A DNA stretch of 64,000 bases from an uncultured delta proteobacterium (GTDB taxonomy: Bacteria > Desulfobacterota > Binatia > JACPRU01), in the NCBI GenBank assembly GCA_963745025.1, contig CAVUWD010000006.1, positions 416,001 through 480,000 on the forward strand. Direction: 5' to 3'. A program made the position numbers and the translations under genes. Below, in pieces: positions 33,247 to 42,232 of the stretch; the stretch's first letter is position 1, and every line of letters begins with the position of its first letter. The notes under the pieces were generated by a model. It worked only from the letters and a program-made list of their open reading frames with translations, had not been told where the DNA came from and did no database searches.

Positions 33247-33543
33247 GCGGGAGTGGTCTACCACCGCTTGAACCAGGATCTCCGCACGCACGGACTCTTC
33301 TTTCCGCATTGCCCCCGGGAAGCGCGGACAGCGCCATGATCGGCGGCATGGTTGCCAACGATGCGAGCAGTATCTACTCGGTGAAGTACGGCCGCGCGTG
33401 GCCGATGGCATGGCGGCAACGATGGTCACGCGATCGATCTCGCGGCGCTCGAGCACGGACGAGCGCCCGAGCTCATGAACCAGGTGGTGAAGCGCGTCTT
33501 CGATCCGCGCGGCATCCTGAATCCGGGGAAGATCTGGGAATAG
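33247..33543 (+). pseudogene. Internally deleted FAD-linked oxidase (GlcD/D-lactate dehydrogenase) remnant
   Basis: AGVVYHRLNQDLRTHGLFFP / SADSAMIGGMVANDASSIYSVKYG joined to C-terminal ELMNQVVKRVFDPRGILNPGKIWE*. Confidence 0.75.
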
Positions 33544-33544
33544 C

Positions 33545-33628
33545 GGCTTTCAGCCGTCGCCCGTCGGCTTTCGGGAAAGCCATCGCGAAGTCTTTTGCCG
33601 AGAGCCGAGAGCTGATAGCCGATAACCG
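33545..33628. repeat. Heptamer-built palindromic element
   Basis: GGCTTTC AGCCGTC GCCCGTC GGCTTTC ... CCGAGAG CCGAGAG CTGATAG CCGATAA. Confidence 0.65.
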
Positions 33629-33637
33629 GTGCCAATC

Positions 33638-33814
33638 ATGCGCTTCGACCTGCCGTACGCCGCGGCGATCGTCGACCTCGCCGAGGGCTCGCGCACGATG
33701 ACGAACCTCGTCGACGTCGAGCACGCCGGCCTACACGTCGGCATGGCGGTCGAGGTGGTGTTTCAGAAGATCGCGGACGACGTCGCGATTCGGGTCCTCC
33801 GGCCGGCGAAGTAG
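33638..33814 (+). pseudogene. DUF35/ChsH2 OB-fold C-terminal fragment
   Basis: 'PYAAAIVDLAEG.R.MTNLVD...VGMAVEVVF'; N-terminal Zn ribbon missing. Confidence 0.7.
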
Positions 33815-33838
33815 GAAGCAACGATCGAGAACGCACGA

Positions 33839-34582
33839 TTGGAAGCGGTTTCCGTGGAGGCGCCAAGACGCTCGCTCTTCAAGCGAATCCGGCGTCGGTT
33901 GCACCCCATCTTCGGTCCGCCGCTGCTCGCCCTCGCCCAGGCGATCGTGCCGCGCCTCTACGTCGCTTACATGTGGCTCGTCTGGAAGACGAGCCGCGTC
34001 GAGGACTGCGGCTACGGGCGCGCTCCCGCGCTGCGCGACGAGCACAACGGTCTGGTGGCGCTTCTCTGGCACGAGGAAGTGTTCTCGGTCGCCTGGGACT
34101 ACCGGGCGATGCGGCCACACACGCTCGCGAGCGTCGGCGATTCGGGCGAGATGATCACGCGGCTTCTCGAGCTCTGCGGCTACGTAGTCTTCCGCGGCGG
34201 CTCCTCGAAGCGCGCCTCGCGCCGGCGCGACTTCGTGCTCGCCGCGATGGTCTCGCACATGAAGACGACCGACCGGGTCATCTACGGCATCACGGTCGAC
34301 GGCTCCTACGGCCCGTATCACGAGGTGAAGCCGGGCGGGCTGATGATCGCGCTCAAGTGCAAGAAGCCGATCGTGCTCGTCCGCACCTGGGCGAAGCGCA
34401 ACCTCCACTTGCCGACCTGGGACCGCATGGTCGTCCCCCTGCCCTTCAACCACATCCGTCAGTTCCTGCGCGGGCCCTTCTTCGTCCCCGCGGACGCGAG
34501 CGACCCCGCGGTGTTCGAGAGATTTCGGCTCGAGATGCAGAACGAACTCGCCAAGCTCGCCGAGGAGTCGAAAGTCTGGTGA
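33839..34582 (+). CDS. DUF374 / LpxJ-like acyltransferase
   Basis: 'LWHE', 'GEMIT', 'RGGSS', 'ITVDGSYGP...KPG', 'WDRMVVPLPF'. Confidence 0.8.
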   Translation: MEAVSVEAPRRSLFKRIRRRLHPIFGPPLLALAQAIVPRLYVAYMWLVWKTSRVEDCGYGRAPALRDEHNGLVALLWHEEVFSVAWDYRAMRPHTLASVGDSGEMITRLLELCGYVVFRGGSSKRASRRRDFVLAAMVSHMKTTDRVIYGITVDGSYGPYHEVKPGGLMIALKCKKPIVLVRTWAKRNLHLPTWDRMVVPLPFNHIRQFLRGPFFVPADASDPAVFERFRLEMQNELAKLAEESKVW

Positions 34583-34621
34583 CCGAGCGCCGCGAGGAGA
34601 TCAGCGACGGGCGAGGAAGGC

Positions 34622-34992
34622 ATGAGCCGCCCGCTCCAGGTCCCGCTTGAGATCGAGGTGGTGCGCCAAGTCGCCCGCGCGATCGCGGCTCGGTGCAGCT
34701 ACGCGCGGCGTCGTGCGTCGTACATTGCGAGCAGGCGCTCGCGCGCATCGACGATTTCTTGGAGCCGCTGGTCACCGACGTGCACTCGCGCCGAGAGTCG
34801 GCTCTGGTGGACGACGAGTTCGCCAGCGAGGGTGAACGGCTCGTAGCGCAGTCGTTTCGGTCGGGCGTCTTGGAGGCGCTCCGGCAGGGCGCATCTCTCG
34901 AGCACGCTGAACACGTGGAACGTCAGCGCGTTGAATGCGTAGAGCGGAGTTGTGGCTCGAGGACTCTCGCGGCGGCGGTCGATTGGGTGTAG
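34622..34992 (+). pseudogene. Possible small hypothetical gene split over two frames
   Basis: ATG 34622 after GAGGAAGG; a helical-looking ORF continues in the 34693-34992 frame. Confidence 0.25.
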
Positions 34993-35002
34993 CCCGAAGT
35001 GG

Positions 35003-36439
35003 ATGGAGAACCGTTTCCTCCGCGACGTGCTGCTCATCGCCGTCGTCGGCGCGGCCACGCTGCTTCCCTTCCTCGGCCAGAGTCACGCCGTCTCGTCGCA
35101 CGAAATCCGCCACGCGGAGATTGCCCGCGAGATGGCGCAGAGCGGGAACTTCCTGATTCCGACCCTGCTCGGCCATCCCTATCGCGACAAGCCGCCAGTG
35201 CTGAGCGCGGCGATCGCGATCCTGTTTCGCTCAAACGGCGAGCCGTCAATCGCGCTGGCGCGGCTGCCCTGCGCCGTGGCGGCCGTCGCCGGCGCAATCC
35301 TTCTCTACGGTCTCGGTTGCACGCTGACGGAGCGGCGGGCCGCCCTGCTCGCCGCGCTCGGCGTGCTCGGCGTCCAGGGCTATCAGGACATGGCTCGAAC
35401 GGGTCGTCCGGACATGATCTTTACCCTGGCGATCCTCACCGCCGCGCTGGCATCGATCCGCGCCCTCGAGCCGAGCCGCACCCGCCGCGCGGCTTTGGGA
35501 TTCGCCGTTGCCGGCGCGGCCTGCACCGTCGCGAGCCTGCTCAAGGGGCCGCTCGCGTGGGCGTTCTGCGCGCTCTTCCCATACCTCGCCTGGCTTCGCG
35601 CGACGGGCTTACGGTTTCCAGGCATCCGCGACTGGCTCGCCTTCGCGGTCGGCTTCACAGCCGCGGCCGCCATCTGGGTGGTTCCGGTGCTGCGCCTGGA
35701 CGGGGGCGTCTACCTAGCGAGCTTCCTCACCCAGCCCGATCTGACCACCTGGCATCTGGTCGACACGTTTCGCCGCATCCACTGGCCGTGGATGTACGGC
35801 CTCATCAGCTTGCTGCCACTCACCTTCTTCCTGCCCGTGGTCGTCGTCGATGCGCGCAAGCGCGGTCTCGGCGCGCCGCTCGCGATCGCTCTCGCCATGC
35901 TCGTCGTTCTCTCGCTGATCCCCAAGAAGCGGATGCACTACCAGTTGCCCGTCTATCCCTTCCTGGCTCTCGGCGTGGCGGACGCGGTCGTTCGTTTCAC
36001 CGGGCGGCGCTCGATCGAGCGCACCGCGTGGACTCTCGTCGCGCTCTCGCTCGTCGCCGGCCCGCTCTACTTTGGTGTGCTCCTGCCACACCTCCGTCCC
36101 GGCGAGGATCCGGATATCGCCGCCGCTCGGCGGATCCTCGCCGAGACCATCCCCACGCAGCGGATCATCGCCGTCGGCGAGATGGCCGAGACGATTGCCT
36201 TCGTCGGGCGGCGCGCCGACGTCCTCGAGCAGACGATCGGAGAGGAAATCGTCGATTCCCTCAACGCGAGCGCGAGCGGCGCCTTGATCGTCGTCGATCG
36301 CTCGGAGCAAGGCATCCTCGATCCGGTCCGAGCTCGGATGGGGCTCGACGAGGTTCGGCGAATCGAAGGAGATCATCGGACCTGGCTCGTCTATCGAGTC
36401 CCTTCGGCGGGTTTGCCGCCCGGGCGTGGGAGTCCGTGA
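35003..36439 (+). CDS. ArnT-family membrane glycosyltransferase
   Basis: 'EIRHAEIAREM', 'DKPP', 'ARLP', 'LLKGPL', 'KKRMHYQLPVYP'. Confidence 0.88.
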   Translation: MENRFLRDVLLIAVVGAATLLPFLGQSHAVSSHEIRHAEIAREMAQSGNFLIPTLLGHPYRDKPPVLSAAIAILFRSNGEPSIALARLPCAVAAVAGAILLYGLGCTLTERRAALLAALGVLGVQGYQDMARTGRPDMIFTLAILTAALASIRALEPSRTRRAALGFAVAGAACTVASLLKGPLAWAFCALFPYLAWLRATGLRFPGIRDWLAFAVGFTAAAAIWVVPVLRLDGGVYLASFLTQPDLTTWHLVDTFRRIHWPWMYGLISLLPLTFFLPVVVVDARKRGLGAPLAIALAMLVVLSLIPKKRMHYQLPVYPFLALGVADAVVRFTGRRSIERTAWTLVALSLVAGPLYFGVLLPHLRPGEDPDIAAARRILAETIPTQRIIAVGEMAETIAFVGRRADVLEQTIGEEIVDSLNASASGALIVVDRSEQGILDPVRARMGLDEVRRIEGDHRTWLVYRVPSAGLPPGRGSP

Positions 36440-36475
36440 CGTGCTTGGCGCATTCCGCTAGAAACGGGCTCACGC

Positions 36476-37342
36476 ATGAAGAACCGCGGCGTCGTATCGG
36501 TGATCGGTCGCGATCAGAAGGGCATCGTCGCGCGCGTCTCGACCTACCTGGCGTCGCAGAACATCAACATCGAGGACATCGGGCAGCGCGTCGTCGAGGG
36601 CCTGTTCATCATGAGCATGCTCGTCGACCTGACCGACGTCTCGACGACGCTCGACGAAGTGATTCTCGGCCTCAAGAAAATCGGCGGCGAGATCGGCGTC
36701 GAGGTGACGCTCCGGCTCGCCGGCGGGGGCGAGCGTAAGCGCTTCGCGATCCTCCTCACCAAGGAGCCACGCTGCCTCGAGACACTGGTTCGCGACTATC
36801 GCGCGGGCAAACTCAATGGCGAGCCCGTGGTCGCGCTCTCCAACCACGAGGTGCTGCGCGGCGTCGCCGAGGCGGCGGGCATCCCCTTCCTCTGGCGCGG
36901 TGCCGAAGACAAGGCTCTGCACGAAGCGTTCCTCGTCGAGAACATCCGCGAGTTCCGCGCGGAGCTCGTCGTGCTCGCACGCTACATGCGCATCCTCTCA
37001 CCGGAGTTCGTCAACCGGTTCCCGAACCGCATCATCAATATCCACCCGTCGCTGCTGCCGTACCATCCCGGCGCCAACGCCTACAAGCAGGCGTGGGAGG
37101 AGGGCGTGCGGGTGTCGGGATGCACGGCGCACTTTGTAACCGCGCAGCTCGATCAGGGTCCGGTGATCTTGCAGGACGTCTTCCCGATCCGCGTCGGCGA
37201 AGACACGCTCGAGGACGTAAGGGCCAAGGGTCGCGCCCTCGAGGGCGAGGTGCTGTCGCAGGCGGTGCAGCTCTGCTTGAACGATCAACTGATCGTCAAA
37301 GACAACAAGGTGATCTTCAAGCCGGGGAGGCTCGAAGCGTGA
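36476..37342 (+). CDS. purU: Formyltetrahydrofolate deformylase
   Basis: N-terminal ACT; 'LARYMRILS', 'INIHPSLLP', 'TAHFVT..LDQGPVILQ'. Confidence 0.92.
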   Translation: MKNRGVVSVIGRDQKGIVARVSTYLASQNINIEDIGQRVVEGLFIMSMLVDLTDVSTTLDEVILGLKKIGGEIGVEVTLRLAGGGERKRFAILLTKEPRCLETLVRDYRAGKLNGEPVVALSNHEVLRGVAEAAGIPFLWRGAEDKALHEAFLVENIREFRAELVVLARYMRILSPEFVNRFPNRIINIHPSLLPYHPGANAYKQAWEEGVRVSGCTAHFVTAQLDQGPVILQDVFPIRVGEDTLEDVRAKGRALEGEVLSQAVQLCLNDQLIVKDNKVIFKPGRLEA

Positions 37343-37497
37343 GAGCATGGACGGCGCTCGCGCTGCTCGCGGCAATGCCTTCGGTCGGCTGCCGTCTGTC
37401 CGTCTGGTCGTGGAGCTCGGCGTCGGGCACCCACGAGCTCTCGGTTCCGCCCGCGGCGGCGGCGACGCCCGAGCCGACCCCCGAGAGCCGCTACTGA
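37339..37497 (+). CDS. Putative small lipoprotein
   Basis: GTGA overlap with purU stop; hydrophobic stretch then SVGC lipobox-like; 52 aa. Confidence 0.4.
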   Translation: MRAWTALALLAAMPSVGCRLSVWSWSSASGTHELSVPPAAAATPEPTPESRY

Positions 37498-37515
37498 CCC
37501 AGGCGCCACGGAGGC

Positions 37516-37986
37516 CTACTTGCGCATCTGCTGCGCGAGATAGTTCTGCTCGCCGACTTGCTGGATCAGCTCGAGCTGCGCCTCGAGCCAGTTCACGTGA
37601 TCTTCTTCGGATTCCAGGATGTCCTCGAAGAGTTCGCGCGAGCCGTTGTCGCCGACGTCGGTGGCAAGCGCGATCGCCTTGTTCAGTCTCGTGACCGCCT
37701 CGAGCTCGAGCTCGCGATCGAGCTTCAGCTGTTCGGCTACTTTCTCGCCGACTTTCACTTTTGCGAGGCGCTGCATGTTGGGCACCCCTTCGAGAAAGAG
37801 GATTCGTTCGATCAGCTCCTCGGCATGCTTCATCTCCTCCATCGATTCCTTGCGAATCGTTTCCGCGAGCCGTTCGTAGCCCCAGTTGTCGCACATCTTC
37901 GCGTGGACGAAGTATTGATTGATGCCGGTGAGCTCGGCGGTGAGGACATCGTTCAGCGCCTCGATGATCTTGCCGTTTCCCTTCAT
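37516..37986 (-). CDS. bfr: Bacterioferritin
   Basis: '[11 protein letters not shown]', 'EEMKHA', '[10 protein letters not shown]', 'EEDHV'. Confidence 0.97.
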   Translation of the reverse strand: MKGNGKIIEALNDVLTAELTGINQYFVHAKMCDNWGYERLAETIRKESMEEMKHAEELIERILFLEGVPNMQRLAKVKVGEKVAEQLKLDRELELEAVTRLNKAIALATDVGDNGSRELFEDILESEEDHVNWLEAQLELIQQVGEQNYLAQQMRK

Positions 37987-38033
37987 GCGTCGCTCCTCTT
38001 TGCCCGCCGACGTTGGCGCGCGCGGCGTGATGA

Positions 38034-38243
38034 TCAGGCAGCCGACCGGGTTCGATGCTCGTCCCGGGGATTATGCAGCGCCGCGCTCGCCGCGGAAAGC
38101 ATCGCTCCGATCTCGTCGCGACACGGGGCACAGCGGCGGCCTGCGCCGCATTGGCGCGCGATCTCGGCCACGCTTCTCGCGCCTTCGCCGATCAGGCGCT
38201 GGATGGTCGAGTCGGTCACGGCGGCGCAATTACAAACGATCAT
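38034..38243 (-). CDS. bfd: Bacterioferritin-associated ferredoxin
   Basis: 'MIVCNC..VTD...CGAGRRCAPC' directly upstream of bfr. Confidence 0.88.
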   Translation of the reverse strand: MIVCNCAAVTDSTIQRLIGEGARSVAEIARQCGAGRRCAPCRDEIGAMLSAASAALHNPRDEHRTRSAA

Positions 38244-38255
38244 GATCCCTACTCC

Positions 38256-38295
38256 GATTTTGAAATTCATTATCAATTCCTCCGGGGGCTGTCAA
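38256..38295 (-). promoter_or_regulatory. Fur box overlapping bfd promoter
   Basis: Minus GATAATGAATTTCAAAATC (38274-38256), 14/19 to GATAATGATAATCATTATC; TTGACA at 38295-38290. Confidence 0.7.
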
Positions 38296-38384
38296 CCGCG
38301 ACCGACGTGCCCCCGAACGGGCATTCACGCATGGTCGTCTTCCTCCGCTTGCGGACGACGGCGGTCGTGCTTACCTTCTTTTTG

Positions 38385-39470
38385 ATGGCGACGGTTCCGC
38401 ACGAAGCGCGTTGGTGGCGGCCGCTCGGAAACGGCAAGCTCCTCTGTTACCTATGCCCTCGCCTCTGCGAGATACCCGAGGGCAAGGCCGGCTTCTGCTT
38501 CATCCGCAAGAACGTCGGCGGTCGGTTATTGAGCCTCGGCTACGGTAAATCGACGGGCTTTGCCGTCGACCCGGTCGAGAAGAAGCCGCTCAACCATTTC
38601 CTACCCGGCACGTCGGTGTTGTCGTTCGGTACCGCCGGCTGCAATCTCGGCTGCAAGTTCTGCCAAAACTGGAACATCAGCAAGGCGCGCATCGACGAGA
38701 AGCGAAGTGAGCGCGGGTCACCGGAGGACGTCGTCGAGCTCGCTCTCCGCACGGGATGCGCGGGGATCGCGTATACGTACAACGATCCGGTGATCTGGGC
38801 GGAGTACGCGATCGACATCGCCCGCGTCGCCCGTGAAGCCGGGTTGAAAAACGTCTTCGTCTCCGCGGGCTACATCACTCCCGAGGCGCGGCCCGAAATC
38901 TACCGTTACATGGACGCGACCAACATCGACTTGAAAGCGTTCACGGAGGACTTCTACCGGCACGTGACCCTGTCGCACCTCGAGCCGGTGAAGGACACGC
39001 TCGTCTGGCTGAAGCACGAGACCGACGTGTGGTTCGAGATCACCACGCTGCTGATCCCCGGCCGCAATGATTCCGATCTGGAGATCGCCGAGGAGTGCGA
39101 GTGGGTCGCCGAGGCGCTCGGCCCAGACGTTCCCCTCCACTTCACCGCCTTCCATCCCGACTTCAAGATGGTCGATCTTCCGAGCACACCGGCGTCCACG
39201 TTGCGCCGCGCCCGCGAGATCGCACGGCGTGCAGGTATACGTTACTGCTACGTCGGCAACGTCCACGACCGGGACGGGCAGACGACCTTCTGCCCGCAGT
39301 GCGGCGCGGTGCTCATCCGCCGCGACTGGCACGCGATTCTCTCCTACCGGCTGATCGGGAACCGTTGCCCTGATTGCGCCCTCGAGATCCCCGGCGTGTT
39401 CGACCAGGCGGATCACTCCGCGGACGACGTGCGCACGGGCGGCGGCCGCTGGCGCGTGTCCCTCGAGTGA
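38385..39470 (+). CDS. amrS: AmmeMemoRadiSam system radical SAM enzyme
   Basis: 'CYLCPRLC', 'DPVEKKPLNHF', 'CNLGCKFCQNWNISK', 'TYNDP', 'FHPDF'. Confidence 0.92.
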   Translation: MATVPHEARWWRPLGNGKLLCYLCPRLCEIPEGKAGFCFIRKNVGGRLLSLGYGKSTGFAVDPVEKKPLNHFLPGTSVLSFGTAGCNLGCKFCQNWNISKARIDEKRSERGSPEDVVELALRTGCAGIAYTYNDPVIWAEYAIDIARVAREAGLKNVFVSAGYITPEARPEIYRYMDATNIDLKAFTEDFYRHVTLSHLEPVKDTLVWLKHETDVWFEITTLLIPGRNDSDLEIAEECEWVAEALGPDVPLHFTAFHPDFKMVDLPSTPASTLRRAREIARRAGIRYCYVGNVHDRDGQTTFCPQCGAVLIRRDWHAILSYRLIGNRCPDCALEIPGVFDQADHSADDVRTGGGRWRVSLE

Positions 39471-39560
39471 CGAGACGGTTGGCGTGGGGCTCGCTCGCGG
39501 TGAGCTCGTGCGCAGGCGAGTTCGTCGGTTGATTCAGATTGGGTGCGACTGCGCCACACG

Positions 39561-39758
39561 CTAGCGGAGCGGCCGAACGTCCTTGTACTTGTCGCGCGAG
39601 GTTTCGACCAAGTTCTTCACGACTCGCTCGGCGTCGCGATCGATCGCGCTCTTGCGGTTGAGCAACCACGTGAGCACGAAAAAGGCAACCACGCCCACGA
39701 CGATCGGCACCGGGTGATGCTTCGCCCAATAGATCAAGAACTCGATGAGATCCGCCAT
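39561..39758 (-). CDS. Small membrane protein
   Basis: 65 aa, one TM helix, RBS GGGAG, downstream of comEC. Confidence 0.6.
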   Translation of the reverse strand: MADLIEFLIYWAKHHPVPIVVGVVAFFVLTWLLNRKSAIDRDAERVVKNLVETSRDKYKDVRPLR

Positions 39759-39779
39759 GATTCTGCTCCCGATTGTAGA

Positions 39780-42176
39780 CTAGCACAGTGCCCCGAACAG
39801 CGAACAGAGAATAGGCGACGACGCCGACTCCGGCCGCAGCGCGAGCCGTCCACCCCCGATGGAGACCCCCACCGAGCCCTCACGATCGGTACGCAAGATA
39901 CGAGTTCCGAAGCGTCGATAGCGGGCGAGCACGGCGGGATGCGGAAAGCCGTAAGAGTTGCCGGCTCCGAGAGAGAATACGGCGAGCGCCGGCTTTGTCC
40001 AGCGGAGAAACACCTCCCCGCTCGACGTCGCGCTACCATGGTGCGGAACTTTGAGCACCGTCACCGGAAACGGCCGAACGCTCGATGCCATGACCGCCTC
40101 TCCCGTCGCCTCCACGTCGCCCGTGAAGAGCACAGACCGCTCGCCGGCGATCAGCCGCAGCACGAGCGATGAGTCGTTTGGCGAGAGGGCACTTCCGGCG
40201 GGAGGGTGCAGGCACTCGATCCGCACATCTCCTGCCGCAGCCGCGGTATCGCCGGGCAGCAGCGGGCGAATGATGCCGCCGCTTTTCCGCACCTCCCCTT
40301 CGAGCTCGGCCAGTCTCGCCCTCTCGTCGGCTCGCGCCCCGATCCAGAGCTCTCGAGGCGCGAATTCCCGTGCCAGGAAGTGGAGCCCTCCTTGGTGATC
40401 CCAGTCGCCGTGCGTGGCCACGAGGGAATCGATGCGCAGGATCCGCCGCGACCAGAGATACGGGGCGATCACGCGCTGGCCGACGTCGAAGCGGCTGTGC
40501 CCAAAGCCGCCTCCGTCGATGACCACCACCCGCCCGCCCGGCAGCTCCACGACTGCCGAGTCCCCCTGACCGACGTCCAGAAAGCGCACCCGAAGGTCCG
40601 CATGCAGCCAGCGCTCGTGCGTCCACCAGGCCGCGTCCAGCATCAAGCCGAGCAACGCAACGGCAACGGTCAGGCGGCGCCGCTCTAGCCGCAGCCAGGG
40701 AAGGCCGAGAAGGGCATAGATCGCGGCGATCTCGACGAGCGTCGGTGTCGGCACCCATATACTCGCCAACGGTACCGCCGCGGCGACCGCGATCCCGGAT
40801 TGCAGGAGTTCGAGCGGCCAGTAGGCGAGCGCGAACGTGGCTCGCGCCAACGGCTCGGAGACGAGCGACAGCCCCGCGCCGGCGAGACCGAGGATCGTCG
40901 CCGGCGTTCCAGCAAGCGGCACCAACAGCGGATTCGTCAGCAAGCCGATCGGCGTCACTCGATTGAAGTGGAGCGCGACCAGCGGAGCCGTGCCGGCGAG
41001 CGCTGCCGCGGGAACCAGCAGGGCGAGCAGAAGACGCCGGCGGAGCCGCGCGGCCGCGTCGGCGGGCACGGAGGACCGCGCACGTTCGGGCATCATTTGC
41101 GCGGCGAGAATCAACGACAGCACCGACGCGAACGAGAGCTGGAACGAAACGTCGAGCGGAGAGCCGGGCCATCGCATCGCCAGCGCTCCCGCGGTCAAGC
41201 AGAGCACGCGGAGGGGCTTGACCTCACGCGCGCTGGCGAGGCTCGCGACGAAGAGCCCGGTCATTGCCACCGAGCGTGCGGCCGGCACGCTGAGCCCCGC
41301 AAGCGCCGCGTAGAGCGCCGCCGGAACCAGTGCCGCGAGCGCTGCGAGCGCCCGCACGTGGGCGTGGAGCAGCAGCCACTCGCTGCGAGAAAGAGTCCAG
41401 CCGACGATCGCGAAGGCGATGCCCCAAACGAGCGCGATGTGGAGCCCCGACACCGAGAGCAGATGTGCCAGGCCGGCGGCCGCCACTCGGTTCCAAAGAT
41501 CGGCGGGCACCGCTGCCTCGTCTCCGACTACCAGCGCCCGGAGCAGCGCCGCGTCCGGTGGCGGCAGCGAGGCGTCGATCAGCCGGCCGATTCGCTGCCG
41601 TTCGGTCGCTAGCCACGTGCCCCAGTTTACTGAAACGATTCGCGCGAGGCCGGCAGAGGTCGCATACGCGGTCGTCCAGATCCCGCGACGCGCCAACGCC
41701 CCCCGCGCGTCGTATGCCCGTGGGTTGGCGAAGTTTCGCGGCCGGCGGAGGCTTGCATGCACGCGCACCCGCTCGCCGACGGCGAGGTCGGCGGGTGGAG
41801 CCACGATCGTCAACAGGACGCTTCCGCAAATTCGCTCGGGCTCGTGTCCCGGCGCTCGTACGATCGCGCGCACGCGGACACCTTCGTCGACCGGGCTCGG
41901 TGGATCCACGAGCTCCGCCTCGATCCAGAGCTTGGCCGGCTGGCCCTCTTCGGGGACGAAACAGTCGGTCCGAGGCGGATCGAGCGCGCGGGAAGCGGTC
42001 CACAGGCCGAGCGTCGCGGCGGCGAGGCAACTCGAGGGAACGAGAAGCCTCCGCAGCCGCTTCGGCAGCACGCCGAGCGCGCAGCACGCCGTCATCAGCA
42101 GCGCGGGGCGCGTCTCGAGCCGGAGCCAAGCCGAAAGCAGCTGGCCGCCGAGAAACAAGAGCGAGATCCGGATCAC
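39780..42176 (-). CDS. comEC: Competence protein ComEC/Rec2
   Basis: 'AHLLSVSGLH', 'SFQLSF', 'DVGQGDS', 'THGDWDH', 'LFTGD', 'KVPHHGS', 'YGFPH'. Confidence 0.93.
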   Translation of the reverse strand: MIRISLLFLGGQLLSAWLRLETRPALLMTACCALGVLPKRLRRLLVPSSCLAAATLGLWTASRALDPPRTDCFVPEEGQPAKLWIEAELVDPPSPVDEGVRVRAIVRAPGHEPERICGSVLLTIVAPPADLAVGERVRVHASLRRPRNFANPRAYDARGALARRGIWTTAYATSAGLARIVSVNWGTWLATERQRIGRLIDASLPPPDAALLRALVVGDEAAVPADLWNRVAAAGLAHLLSVSGLHIALVWGIAFAIVGWTLSRSEWLLLHAHVRALAALAALVPAALYAALAGLSVPAARSVAMTGLFVASLASAREVKPLRVLCLTAGALAMRWPGSPLDVSFQLSFASVLSLILAAQMMPERARSSVPADAAARLRRRLLLALLVPAAALAGTAPLVALHFNRVTPIGLLTNPLLVPLAGTPATILGLAGAGLSLVSEPLARATFALAYWPLELLQSGIAVAAAVPLASIWVPTPTLVEIAAIYALLGLPWLRLERRRLTVAVALLGLMLDAAWWTHERWLHADLRVRFLDVGQGDSAVVELPGGRVVVIDGGGFGHSRFDVGQRVIAPYLWSRRILRIDSLVATHGDWDHQGGLHFLAREFAPRELWIGARADERARLAELEGEVRKSGGIIRPLLPGDTAAAAGDVRIECLHPPAGSALSPNDSSLVLRLIAGERSVLFTGDVEATGEAVMASSVRPFPVTVLKVPHHGSATSSGEVFLRWTKPALAVFSLGAGNSYGFPHPAVLARYRRFGTRILRTDREGSVGVSIGGGRLALRPESASSPILCSLFGALC

Positions 42177-42232
42177 CGCAGCGTCTCCGCACGAGCCGCG
42201 CGGAGACGCTGGAGGATGGCGGAGTTACAGTA